A stretch of DNA of 64,000 bases from Octopus sinensis (GCF_006345805.1 NC_043004.1:85436001-85500000); one strand, 5' to 3'; counted from the first letter of the stretch, positions 1 to 13,005 are shown. The notes: generated by a model not told the origin, from the letters alone. Numbers and translations are program-made.

Positions 1-1936
1 GCTGTCGGATGGTCATAGACATAATGTTATATGAAATGAAAATGATGATTAATGGGTGGGAAAAGCGACGCCAGCCGATCGATTTTTCCTGAGAACATTG
101 ATCTCTTGTATATTGTTCCTGGGGCAACAAACCTCACAATATTCAATAACAATATTCAATAACAATATTTAATAACAAAATGAGGCTCTAAGCCTCTTAC
201 ATTTCTTTCCAATTTCGGAACTCTCAATAACACTGAGGCGTCACCCGGGTAAAAGTGATATTCCTCATTGAGTGCCTTCAGCCTACTCATCACGGGTAAC
301 TTTATGACCTCCACAGCTATCTGCGGAGGCCATTCAGGATCCCTTGTGCAGGCTAAAGGTACTACTCCCTTATGGTGCTTTTCCACCACCTTTTCTACCA
401 CTCCACCTCTTTAGAAGAAGACCAATAATTCGTCTTCCTCCGCGGGCGGGATAGTCAATTCTACCGTTGGCGGCACATTTCCAGACAACGGTGTCTCTTC
501 CCCTGCCGGTGCCACAACCCATACCGACGAGGTTTCGGGACATTCCGGGACTATGTCACCGACTTCTGGCAATGTCCCGTTTCTCTTCCTCTTCCTCTTT
601 TTTTTTTCTTTTCAACTGAAAAAGGGTACGTCTCCTTCGTGACAGGGATATTCGCCTACCCTCCCTCATCCGTAGGATCCTTCGGTGAGCAGCCATTGTT
701 GCTCACCTTCTTTCTCTTGCGGCCCTTTTTAGAGGAGTCCTCCGCCTCCTCGTCTGCTTCCATTCCCTCGACCAACTGTTCCAGGCTTTTACTTTGTTCC
801 TGGCGACCGTTTTTCTTTATATGGCCACGCTCCAGGCACCGATGACACCTGGGGGGGGGGGCAACCCTCAAGAATAACCTGGTACCTGCACTCGGCCATT
901 TTCAAAAAAATCTGGGAAAGCGAGCTTCATGGCGGATTGTGTCCGCAGGGTCAAAAGAGATTTTGACCGAACTAAATCAGCCGCAGGAATAATTTTCACA
1001 TTGAGGAACTTGGTTTCGCTGCTACCCAAACCCCGCCGGATGGTCTCCCCTATTCACTCAAGTTTTATCCCGGGTGGCAAACCGCAGACCCAAGAACTTG
1101 TCAACCTCTCGCAACAATACGTGGGAAGAAACAAACTTTCTTTGCCCTCAACGGACTGGCTCGCAAATTTGCGAGCCTCCTCAGGAGTGTCAAATTGCAA
1201 CCACAACGTTGCGTATTTGAGGCCCCTGGAAATGAATTTAAGAGTTGGCAGATACTCCGCCAACTCCTTTTCCATTATAGTCTTTACAAATAGGGTGATG
1301 GCGTTGAGCGACTTGAAGTAAGTCCTGAACACCACCGTCCTTTCCTTACACGGTATTTCAACCACTGTTTGGGTGGTATAATTTCCCATTCCAAAACATT
1401 GCCATGTGTTTTTTTTTTATAATACTTCGAAAATAGTTCAAAATAGGAAGGAAGAAAAGGTAAACAATTCACGAAAAAGAAAGTCAATAGTTCAAAAACA
1501 GCAAAAATATCTTCCGGCCACTAGGTACTCCCGGCCAAGGCCGAACTCGGAACGCCACAAGCGGAACGCGACTTCCACATAAACTGGTATAGAAGTCGTT
1601 CAATCTTCCGAGGCAAAGACACTCCCCAAAATAGCAATTCTCACAATTATTTTAAAAATTCACTTAACGTGAAACACTATTTTGGAAGGTAAGCCCAAAA
1701 CAATAATTCTCACAAAAATATATTCATCCCCCTGCAGGCAGACTAGAGTTTAGAATCCAGTGAGGATTTCTTGCTTGTACAAAAATAATTAGGGCAAACA
1801 ACAAACCCCACTGGACCCCAAAAATAAAAGTTGTATTTACAGCTGAGCTTCAAATTTCTTCAATTCAAGACGGCTTCAAAAGCACGTCTTGATAGCTTCA
1901 GTGCCAAACGAAACACTAACTCGCACATGCGCAGTC
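1..1936 (-). mobile_element. Tx1/L1-clade non-LTR retrotransposon, 5' part: ~530-bp 5' UTR, frameshifted ORF1, probable ORF2 start; continues beyond the window start
   Basis: Minus-strand ORF pieces 1054-1389 (RRM-like, ERTVVFRTY..LQFDTPEEARKF), 656-871 (zinc knuckle CHRCLERGHIKKN followed by a basic/acidic tail) and 156-401. An ATG at ~22 (MSMTIRQ) may open ORF2. Confidence 0.75.
156..1389 (-). pseudogene. Disrupted LINE ORF1 (gag-like, RRM plus CCHC knuckle)
   Basis: Three collinear minus-strand ORF fragments separated by frameshifts and stops; degenerate Cx2Cx4Hx4C at ~810-850. Confidence 0.7.
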
Positions 1937-1972
1937 GGGAAGCAAGCTTCTTACCACACAGCCATGCCTGTT
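1937..1972 (-). mobile_element. 5' head fragment of tRNA-derived SINE family A, cut by the Tx1 element
   Basis: gggaagcaagcttcttaccacacagccatgcctg matches the family-A heads at ~19437-19475 and ~42335-42372. Confidence 0.7.
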
Positions 1973-1989
1973 CCTATATATATCCGACA

Positions 1990-2125
1990 GGATTCTTTTA
2001 GTTTCCGACTTTTCGTCGGCCCGAGGTTATTGTACAACATACTTGCCCAAGGTGTTACATAGTGCTGACTGAACCCGAAACCATGTGATTGAAATCAAGA
2101 TTTGTACCACACAAGCACGCTCTGC
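1990..2125 (-). mobile_element. SINE family A, degenerate
   Basis: gtcggcccgagg..acttgcccaaggtg..gaacccgaaaccatgtg matches 42205-42372. Confidence 0.65.
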
Positions 2126-2131
2126 CTATAT

Positions 2132-2179
<48 letters not shown>

Positions 2180-2343
2180 ATATGTGCACTCACATACATA
2201 TACAAATGTGTGTCTGCATGTGTGTAAGTATGTATATAAAATGTGTATATATATATAGATATATACATATATTTATAGATATATGAATTTAGAAACATAT
2301 ATATATCGATAGGTAGATAGATAGATAAATAGATAGATAGATT

Positions 2344-2396
<53 letters not shown>

Positions 2397-2490
2397 ATAG
2401 ATAGAATTATAGATAGACAGACAGATAGACACATAGGAAGACATATGGTTAGATAGATAGATAAATAGATAGGTACATACATACATACTT
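2126..2490. repeat. (TA)n and (TAGA)n compound microsatellite
   Basis: Directly visible. Confidence 0.95.
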
Positions 2491-2502
2491 AATGACAAAG
2501 AT

Positions 2503-2900
2503 CATGGTTGCGTAGCGAAGGCAATCACTTTGTAACCAGTTATTTTCAGGTTACGTCCCACTGTGTTGCATCTTGAGTAAGTGTCTTCTAGTAGAGCCCC
2601 GGGTTAACGAATGCCTTGCAAGTGAATTTGGTGGAGAGAAGCAGTATGGAATTCCTTCGTATGTGTGTGTGTGTATTTGTGTGTGTGTGTATTTGTGTGT
2701 GTGTGTGTGTGTGTATTTGTGTGTGCCTTTGTGTCTGTGTTTGTGCTAGTCTTCACCCCGTCTTGACAAATGGTGTTAGTTCGTCTACGTCCCTATAAAT
2801 TACCAGTTTGCAAAAGACACCAATAGCATAGGTAACAAGCTTAAAAAAAGACACATCAAGGGGTAGCCACTGTCCAATGACTAAAATAAGTAAGAGGAAG
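2503..2900 (+). mobile_element. SINE family A, degenerate, with internal (TG)n
   Basis: cccactg..aagtgtcttcta..gccccggg..gccttg..gaatttggt is similar to the reverse complement of other family-A copies. Confidence 0.55.
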
Positions 2901-3202
2901 CTAAAAACAATGATATATTTCTTAGCATAGAATATATCTATCAAAAAAAATTTACAATTGTTTATTACTTAAATTTTTGATCTGCATTAGAATTTAATAT
3001 ATGCCAAACTTAACGACAATAATCTAATATCGAAAGGCATACACGGAAGTTCATGATATTTGCTAACGTATGTATGTTTTGTGGAAATGGATTCTAGCGT
3101 TAGAATCTGTTTCATCTCCCGACAGATACAAAGAACTCTTTCAATTTACACTTGCAAATAATTGGGGTTTTTTTTTCTCTCTCTCTCTCTCTCTGCTTTC
3201 AG

Positions 3203-3246
3203 ATCCCCCTTTTCCATACGACTTACGGATGTACCGCCGTCATTAA
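3203..3246 (+). CDS. Candidate terminal coding exon of an unidentified host gene (xPPFPYDLRMYRRH*)
   Basis: Strong polypyrimidine tract plus CAG acceptor at 3202; phase-1 frame closes with TAA at 3244-3246; followed by ~1.3 kb of repeat-free, 3'UTR-like sequence with AATAAA at ~3834 and ~4190. No homolog recognised. Confidence 0.3.
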
Positions 3247-4574
3247 TTTGTTGTATAATTCCCCGACGTAGATCACCACACTTTCAGGAATTCAGTTTTA
3301 TACGTATATTGTAGTTAGGTGACTTTTTGATTCTGAGTGTAAACGGCAATCAAACTGTTACTTGCACTACCCTGTACTTAGAAAGCCTGTAAGTTTAACA
3401 GCTTGTTATATATCTGCTAGTTCTCCAAGCCATATAAACACTGACATTTGACCACTCTAATAAGCAATATATATGATTAACACCACGTACATATCAAATT
3501 TATGTATGTTATATTAGGTTTTGATGCAAAGTAGAAGTGTAATGTAGAATAATGGTTTAGGTTACATTTAATAGACCATTGGTGATCGTTATATTTTCTA
3601 GAAAGCTGAAATATTATTCATAGAGGCTAAGCAAAGGTCTTGGCAGTTTAATTCCCATTTGGTTACAATATTATTACCGACATTTCTTTGAAAGGAAATT
3701 TATGGCACAAAATATTTCCAAAACGCTATCTCGTGTGGCTACAACTGGAAAGATACTTTCATATTTTGCAGTTTATCGACCAAAAATTGTCGAAATGTAT
3801 TCAACAGAGATAAAAAAACTTTTTCTTTTTTCAAATAAAATCTATTTGAATATATAACTTTGTAAATGGTACATATGCAGAGGACGGTTAGCTACGCACA
3901 TAAATTTTATTTATGAAAGCTGTCAATTTTTCGTGCGTGATGGTATCGCTGTAATTGTGCAACATCTTAGAGACGATCGATCTGAACGCGGTAGTCTCCA
4001 AATAGATAAATTATTGCTACTGGTAATGAAACTACCAAATGATTTCGGTTAATAGGTTGTTCAAAATTGTATCTCTTGCTTACAGTTTCCTCGTTTATCT
4101 TCCTAAACAGGAGATAAAACATTGAGGAAGCGACGCTTGATGGAAATCACAATCACTGGCATTATACCAGCTATAATTGTTGTATAAATAATAAAAACAC
4201 AAGCGGTACAAATACTTTTTTAAATACCATAAGGAAAAGTTACAATATTAGAGTGGCAAAAAGTGTTTTACTAAAACACTAGCGAATGGGAACATGATAA
4301 AATCAATGCATTTATGATTACATATACAAAACATTGAAACCAAAAGTTGTAGCATTATAAGTATAGAGACTTTTTCAAAATTCTGTATCTAAATATTTTG
4401 GTAGATTCTCTTACATCATACTGGTAGTTTATACCAGATTACACCTCTGGAATTTGATATTCTAAACGTTACTAAATTCACTTTAGATAACCCATCATAT
4501 TGTTATCAGATATATAAAGATAGAAAGGGAGAGAGATGGACGGAGGGAGGAAGATATAAAAAGATAGACTGATG

Positions 4575-4612
<38 letters not shown>

Positions 4613-4879
4613 GACAATAAATCATTCTATACGAATCATATAATTATGAAACTGCACGTGTGCCTCAGAGTGCATGTGAGCAAGCAGGAGTCGATTGTTT
4701 CGATCAAAGCGGATACTGTATAGAAAATCGACGAGATAATTATCAGCAATACTAACTTAGTCTAGTTTCAAAGAAGACTAGCTCATAGGAATATGAAAAG
4801 ATTGCATTGATAGAGAATGATAAAAGTAGATGAAAATGCGAAAATAACAAAACGGAAATGCCATTTAATTGAAATCGGT

Positions 4880-6145
4880 TACCAAGTGTGTGTAAGGATT
4901 TGTTTCCTACCTTAGATTTTAAAAGATATATGTGAAGCTTCTGACTTTCATGTGATTTTAATAATAGAATTGACTAGAAGATTTGCGGTAGCAGTACAAT
5001 GCACAATAGCGATTTGGCTCGCCGGATATTAACCTCTATTCTACGACATTCATTTCATTTAAAACCAATAATATCTTGATAACATGTGTGTCGTAACAAA
5101 GACGGGTCGTGACATTCTAAGTTTATGGCTGTAGATAATATCTGAAATCTGCTGAATGCCAATTCAGGTCGCAGAAATATTCTTGTATACTGTCACCCGG
5201 GGTACTGTAAAAGTGGTCTTATATGTTTCTAATTCCAAAAGTGTTTTCTTGATAGAGCTTTCGGGGAGGGATTTTTAAAGATTGTTTAAATTTTACGGAA
5301 GCTTACTTATCATCCTGGCAGCATTTTTAGAAAAAGGTTTTCTTTTAATTTGTCAGATATTTTCTATAAGCAAAGGTGCTATTTGTAGGTTAAATCAGGA
5401 CTCTACTCAACAAAAATAACACAAAAGGAGTAATTATTGACGTGTAGCCATATTGGATTTTAGCTGTACAAACGACTAGCCCATAAACAGATGTTTTAGA
5501 CTTTCAATGTGAATGAAATCGTTTTCTAATTGGCTTTTAAATACGTAATCGTCGTTAACGGATGCCTCGTTGTGATAAAACAAATGTTAAATGGACCGAC
5601 ACAAAAGTGACATGTAGTCGCTTGGGCTGCTAGAAAGAACAACGAAATATCCCTCATGCCACATGCTTGTTTTAAAACAGTGACTTTGGATAATGGAATC
5701 CTAAATCCTCAACGATTTAAAACAACGAGTGTAGCACTACTTACAAATATGACTGATCGTGATTTCAGTATGACGAAGCAACAATAATCTAAAATGATCG
5801 AATGTAGTCCTTTCATATGAAAATTTACGTCGGAGCTCTTTTAATGCTGGTCGAATGTAGAATTTAAAATCAGTATATTAATATAGTTTTACGTCCTACC
5901 TTCAGAAATGGTATCGTTGATATATATTACATCCCTTACGCAGTGTAAGAACGTGTTTCCTACCATTGATTTTAAAAGATACACGTGTTGCATATGAGTC
6001 TCATGAGATTTTATTAATAGAAAATTCTAGAAGAGAAACAGCAGGAGTTCAATGCTCGATACAGATTTAGCTAGCCGGAAATTAACTTCTAGTATACGGC
6101 ATTCATGTCACTGAAATCCAATAATATTTTGATAACATAGGTTAT
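4880..6145 (+). repeat. Diverged direct repeat of ~210 bp (~4880-5090 and ~5940-6145)
   Basis: Shared collinear anchors tttcctacc, ttttaaaagata, ctagaag, gccgga, ccaataatat, tgataacat. Confidence 0.7.
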
Positions 6146-6796
6146 CGAGTTATTGAATAAAAGCTATGTAGTATAGCTAACTGGGAAAAAGTCATTGCTC
6201 ACTGATTGCTTTGCTTTCGGGCATGGACCCAAATAAAATACTCATTACGTAGGGAAAGAGCAGGATAGATTGAAGCGATCCTTAAAAAAAGATACATCAA
6301 CAGTGTAATTTAATTGATCAGCCGTTTAGATTATTATCTTTCTAGAAACAGTGATTTGTGTTGTATTAAGACGTTACATAATTTTCGTAAATCCAACAAT
6401 ACTTGTATAAAGTTTCATTCACTCACTCATACTGCTGACTTCGCTGTTAAGACATATGTGTGTATTGTGACATTGTGAATAAACATCGATGCTTAATTCA
6501 TTGCGATATGCAAGTTTCAAAAGACTCCAGCATACGGAAGCACTAGAAATTTCCTTGATCGTCCGGTACGTTAAAAAAATCCTGACAGTTCACTGTTGTT
6601 ATCTTCTTAACTGTCGCTATCAAGCTCTGATTGGAGACACAACTCTGGTTGGTGCTGAGAGAAGCAACCCCCAGCGCATATACACACGAAATATCCACTC
6701 ATATGGGTTAGAGTCTGAAGAAAATATATTACTTCTTTCCCTTCTTGTCGATGCTAGATCGTTTTTACCTTGTTAATATTTCGGAATACCCATGTA

Positions 6797-7365
6797 AGGC
6801 GGCGAGCTGGTAGAATCGTTAGCACATCGGGTGAAATGCTTAGCGGTATTTTGCTTGTCTTGAGTTCAAATTCCGCCGAGGTCGACTTTGCCTTTCATCC
6901 TTCCGGGGTCGATAAATTAAGTGCCAGTTACGCACTGAGGTCGATGTAATCGATTAATCCCTTTGCCTGTCCTTGTTTGTGCTCTCTGTGTTTAGCCCCT
7001 TGTGGGTAATAAAGAAATAAGTATTTCGTCTGCCGTTACGTTCTGAGTTCAAATCCCGCCGAGGTCGACTTTGCTTTTCATCCTTCCGGGGTCGATAAAT
7101 TAAGTACCAGTTACGCACTGCGGTCGATGTAATCGATATAATCCGTTTGTCTTCCTTGATTGTCCCCTCTGTGTTTAGCCCCTTGTGGGTTGTAAGAAAT
7201 AGCTATTTCGTCTGCCGCTACATTCTGAGTTCAAATTCCACCGATGTCAACTTTGCCTTTCATCATTTCGGGGTTGATAAACTAAGTACCAGTTGCGTAC
7301 TGGGGTCGATCAAATCGAATGATCCCCTCTCCTAAAATGTCGGTCCAAGAGTAGAAAAGAATATT
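6797..7365 (+). mobile_element. CORE-like tRNA-derived SINE trimer (one head, three core units)
   Basis: Head ggcggcgagctgg..gttagca; core gagttcaaat..gtcgactttgcctttcatcc..gtcgataaattaagtaccag repeated three times at ~180-bp spacing. Confidence 0.9.
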
Positions 7366-8059
7366 TCAGATACCCTGACGCAGACCCATAGAAAACATGA
7401 CATCGTTATAGGCCATTATTTTGAACTGAAATACAGGAAATTGTTCTACTGTTACTGATAATTTATAGTTTTTTGGAGTGTATTTCAATGTTTCTGTCGC
7501 TCAGTAATCGCCCCCCCTAACCTCCCCCACTAAAAAAAATTCAACTAACATCTTATTATCTTTACTGAGTAAGTTGCAAAGATATTAGTACGCAGGAACA
7601 CAAAACCAATATATGCCAAGAACACGAATGATATAAAGATGAGCATTGCCAAGGTCGCGATATTCTCGAACGTTATAGGCTACAATTGGACAAGATACGT
7701 GTTTTTACATTCTTGTAAAATTAAGAAATACAATCCTGTCTAGCAATATATTTAGCAACATCCTGAGTATTTCTACGATATCAGAGAAAAGGTTTTAGGG
7801 ATGGATGAAAATATATCCTATGATGAAACTTCTAAAAAGCAAGGCATATCTTGGTAGGGTTGCATTAGTAATGTATTATAAATAATCGTGAAAATTTTCT
7901 GCAAACCTCTGCTTATACAGATTGCCATTTTCTCACAAGAGCAAGTGAAAGAATTTGTGTTGGCCTAAATGTGAATATATTTACTTGATATTCAATCACA
8001 AGGGTTAGAAGCAGTCGTCCGTATTTATCATCCTTATTTACGATTTCGGAAGAGATACG

Positions 8060-8067
8060 CATGAGTG

Positions 8068-8101
<34 letters not shown>

Positions 8102-8300
8102 TGTATGTATGTATGTATGTATGCATGCATATATGTATGCATATATGTACGTATGCATACATTGATGAATGTATGTATGCATGCATACACGCATTGATGT
8201 ATGCATATATGTCTGTATACATGTATGTATATATACACCCATATGTAAATATATGTTTGCGTATATATACATACACATATACACACATATATATCGTAAT
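8060..8300. repeat. (TATG)n/(TA)n microsatellite
   Basis: Directly visible. Confidence 0.9.
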
Positions 8301-8304
8301 GTAC

Positions 8305-10370
8305 TAAGAAAATATGGTAATGCATTCTCCCTTTACATACAAAATAACTAGAAGAGTTATCTGGATGACTGCCTCATTCATTGGCATAGAGGTATAGACA
8401 GAATAAAATTATTTCAAGCACTTTTAAATGGACTTGACATAAACATTCAATTTACGATGGAATGTAGCCACCAACGGCTCCCATTCTTCAACATCGTCAT
8501 TAAGAACTCCAACAGCAAAATAGAGGCAGACATGTACAATAAAACCACAGACTCCAAGCAATATCTACCTTTGAACACATGCCACACTAACAAACTCACT
8601 AGAATGAATATCTCTTTGAACTTGACAAACAGGATTTGCACTATAGTATCAGATACAAGCACCAGGGACTGACGACTATATGAGTTAAAGGATACACTCA
8701 TCAGCAGGAATTACCCACCATCACTAATCGATGTCGGTTTTTCAATGTGCCCTACAACTCAACATCCACGAATCCAGACATCTCAAACTGAAGAATGAAT
8801 TACAACCAAAAGCCCTACCATACATATCCATACACAACCTTCTAAACAATGAGGCCTTCGACACCATCCTCCATAACATTCATTTTCTAAAATGGAACCA
8901 CAGAATGAAGCAAATCCTCCAAACGCACAATTTCCTAACGAACAAATGACAACCTAAGTCAATGAAAAATCTTCTAGCACAGGCCCAAGCACACTCATTA
9001 CCAACATGGAAACCAACAGTAAAAAAATGCGGGGATCTAGTTAAACTGATTCCCAAAATATCCATTTTTTGTAAAGGAAGTAAAAAAATCGGTTAAAATT
9101 ATGTAGTTTTCCAGTCTTATTGCTATGAGGATATGATGTTGTGGAGAAAAGAAATTGGAGGAAAAAGTTAAAGATTTAAAAATCGAAAAAACTGTGATTT
9201 TTAGCAATTAACCAGGCAGAGACTTTCTGCGTTTAGCGGAGCGGTAGGCTTCTAAATAAACAGAAATACCAAATAAAATCAAAATGTATCATATTCTTGT
9301 TACTTTTCTCTCTCTCATTATTATGTATTATGTATACCTGTCATGTATTTGCGCACATCATTAAAATATAAGTGATGTGTAGGTATGTGTGTGTGTGTAT
9401 GAGTGTGTGTGTGTGTGTGCGTGTGTGTGTGTGTGTGTGTGTGAAGAAGGAGCGTCTGTCTCCAAAACTCCAAAGTTGAGTAACTTTCCCATGCTTTGAT
9501 TTGTAAAGTTCAATAAGAATAACACTGGTCTACAAAGAATTTGTCTCCAAAATATATGAAATGATAAACATTTTAAATTACTAAAACACAGAAAAAGCAC
9601 AGAAGAATATTAACACACAGAAACACAAAAAATATGTAATATACTAACATACAGAGAAATTAAAACAAAACATGCGCGTGGAAAAAAATCATGTGGTTTG
9701 AAGTATCAACACAGGATGAAGTGAAACACAACACAGCACGTGGTTGTCGTGGTAACAAGTTGCCAATGCCACGCCGTCTGTTGCTTGGTTAACATTACCC
9801 AAATTTCCCAACTTCCAAATAACATCAGATTCTTTGAATTACGAGATAGAGTAATTGGTTGATTGTAATCAAAATTCAGAGTTGCATTGATACAGCAAAA
9901 TTGAAAGGAATCTGAGCAAAATTAAAATGGCTCATTTTACGAATGAAACTAACTAGAACCAAATGCGGAACAACCTAATTGAGAGATCGAAGTTCTACTT
10001 CAAACAGGATCAACGTTTTACAGTGAAAAACAACCTCACATGAGCTTCGGAAAACCTAATATATGTTTTAATTTGCTCAGAATGTAGAGAGCAATACATT
10101 GGTGAAACAAAAAACAATCTACACCAAAGGATGACCGTGCATAGATCCGAGATTAAACTACGAGAATACAGAAAAATAGCATTAAGTGAACACATCAACA
10201 TTTGCGCTACTAACGAACTACCCAACATCAGAAGATTTCCCCTCTCTAAATTTGAGGATGATGCAACATATAATCAGCGCCTTAGCAAAGAGTCACATTT
10301 TATTGCAAAATATAAACCTCTTTTGAATGCTTCCACCTCATATGACACTACTACAATGAACTTAGAATAA
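8305..10370 (+). mobile_element. Penelope-like element, 5'-truncated and decayed: RT C-terminal half plus GIY-YIG endonuclease, interrupted at 9040-9953
   Basis: YLDDC..IQFTME..LPFFNI..MYNKTTDSKQYL..RICTIVSD (8350-8670); LIYVLICSECREQYIGETKNNLHQRMTVHRS..ESHFIAKYKPLLN (10050-10330). Confidence 0.9.
9040..9953. mobile_element. Non-autonomous DNA transposon with TA target duplication, inserted in the Penelope ORF
   Basis: TA at 9038-9039 and 9954-9955; degenerate ~30-bp TIRs (gtta..attc..aaaat..ccatttt); removing it rejoins the KKCGD..KCGT region. Confidence 0.6.
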
Positions 10371-12933
10371 TACTCACACAAATACTTGGAACGATAAATA
10401 TATTAAGAACACTCTCCACCCGTGAATTTATTTAGAACAGTTCTTAACACTACTACTACAACAATAGGTCACATTTAGATCACTTATTAAAGCAGATTCC
10501 ATGAACAGCTCAACTACAGGGTCATACCACTTTCGGCTTTCTTCTTTTCTTTCTTTTTCTTCCTCTCCTTTTTCTTCATCTTCTCCTTCTTCTTCGCCGT
10601 CTCCTTCCTTGGCTGCTGCTACCTTTCTCATGAAATATCAGAACTAAACATATCTATGCACCTATAAACAATATTTCTTCAGAACTACTGCTACCAAGCG
10701 AGCCTTCACAAATGAAGAGAGAGAGAGAGAGAAATGAAAAGGTCCAACCCATTTGAAGTCTATGGGAATATTTACGAAACATTTCATTGAACATTTTCCT
10801 TCAATTTTCTTGTTTTCATTATTATTCGAAAACATCGAAAAGACTAAAACCGGTACTAACTTTTACAAAATGAATTTAATGTTAAAGTTATTTTAGTATT
10901 TTCTAGCTTGTCTTATTTTCCTTTCACAAACACACAGACACACACACACACGCACGTACACACGCACACACGCACGCACACGCACACACGCGTGCGCACT
11001 CACACACACACATATATGGAAAATGCGAGCGAGAGAAAATATATTCTTAAGATTATAAACCTGGAAAAGTACAGGCCAAATTATTACATTTGGAAAAGTT
11101 CAGGACTAGGTAATCCAACTGGTAAAGTACAGAACAACAACATTTTTACTTAAAATACTGCAGCTAAGAATAAAATTTCAAATAAAATATTTAGACTTAT
11201 AAAATATTAGCTTTTATGAAATTTTAAAATTTTATCCAAAGTTATTCTATTTTTTTATTAATTGTTACTTGTATTAAAAAAATCAATTTAAATATATTTT
11301 GCACATTAAAAAACTTCATTTTTAAAAATTATTAATTAATAATTAGAAATTTGAAAATAGTTTATAAAATATAATAGTAGTACATAGTTAGTATAATAAA
11401 TAGGATAATACAAAAATTAGTTATATATTACAGGAAAATCTACCTATAACAACAAACTCATAGTAAAATTTGCTGCCATTATTACCTAAGTTGTTGCCAA
11501 GTCTTCACATTTTTAGTCTTGACCCAATGCCTATTTTTTACATTATGAATTTGCCTACCATAAATACGATTCTACTTTGCATAAAACTTTAACTATATTG
11601 ATACATCTGGCTCTCATTTTTTAAGTATTCTAGTGTGTCAATATTTTAACAAGATGATGGTTATCCTTTGTAATAATTACCCTGTATGTTTCCAGTTTAA
11701 TAATCTGAAGAATATTATTTCTCTTGCTCGTATTTTTCCATGTGCTCCATGTTTTTTCAAGGCTACGCTATAATGCTAATTAATAATGTTTCAAATAATA
11801 ATTTAAGAAAATTGAATAATAAATATTTAAAATTGAATAATAAATTTAATAAACTTCTAAATAATATTTTAATTGCTTTTATTTTGTGAATGAGTTATTA
11901 TGATTATTAAATTAAAAGAAAACGTTCTGTTGTGTCTGGGGAGAGTCATTCTCTTTTAGTGCCTTATAATTAAACACATTCACCGGTAAAATTTACACTC
12001 ATTTATGTCTTTATTTCTCTAAAATTTTCGTTGCGTCTTGCAAACTTTTCAATAGTTGTAAATGAGTAGAAATTTTTCCGGTGAGTTTATTAAATTATAA
12101 GGAACTGAAAGAGAATTACTCTGCCCAGACAGAACAGAATATGCTTCAACATAATGAATCTTGCCAAATCCCAAAACAAAGTTTCAATCTAAAAAATAAA
12201 CATAAGAAGAAGAGCACTTTATTTACATTGATCCATTATAAAATTGAAATTGAAAATTTACAGGGGTTACCACCGACAACCCACTTGCAAATTCAGGATG
12301 GGGAGGAGGTACAAATGTCAGGTGGGTGATATCAAATTCTGGTGGGGGTTTCTTTAAAACTTCATTTCATAAGATTGCAACCATGAAATTCTTCGAATTA
12401 AGCTCTACCATTTAAGCTTGTTTTTTTTAATAAAAGTAGTTAATTATACTTAAATCTAATTTCTTGCCTTGATTATATTTTTTTTACGTTTCTATATTTA
12501 AGAGATGAGGAAAAATTGCGCATTATCTACATTATTTACATTTGACAGATAGAAGAGAATATGACCAAAAAATGCGTGTACTCCATCCCAGGCAGCTGTG
12601 GTAGATTATGCAAAGACGAAACATGCGGCTCCCTCGAAATAAGGGTAGAGGAACATCACAAAGCTGTGACACGAGGAGATATTGGTAAATCGGTTATAGC
12701 AGATCGTGTATGGAAAAATGGAGATCACATTCCCCTATGGGATGAAGTTAAAATAATAGATAGAGAACACCACTGGAAAATTCGAAAACTAAATGAAGCA
12801 GCTCATATGCTAGGACACAACAACCTCCTAAGCAGACCGAGTGTAGATATGAACAGCATATGGGAACTGGTATTAAGGAATGATGGGAACATATTAGATT
12901 ACAAGCCCTAAAATTCACACAATAATTGCCCAC

Positions 12934-13005
12934 GGGTATATCGCGCAGTGGTTAGGAATGCGGACTACTAATCCCAAGATTCCGCGTTCTATTCTTGGCA
13001 GTGAT

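Noticed and set aside
4621-4752. Open frame IILYESYNYETARVPQSACEQAGVDCFDQSGYC..
   Set aside because: No start codon or acceptor, bounded by stops, no recognisable family.
10490-10535. Possible hammerhead remnant (catgaacagctcaactacaggg) after the first Penelope ORF
   Set aside because: The core lacks CUGA, and GAAA and stem III are absent; too degenerate to call.
10428-10631. Acidic ORF MRKVAAAKEGDGEEE..
   Set aside because: It is the antisense reading of a CT-rich simple repeat plus the Penelope 3' UTR; no domain or splice support.
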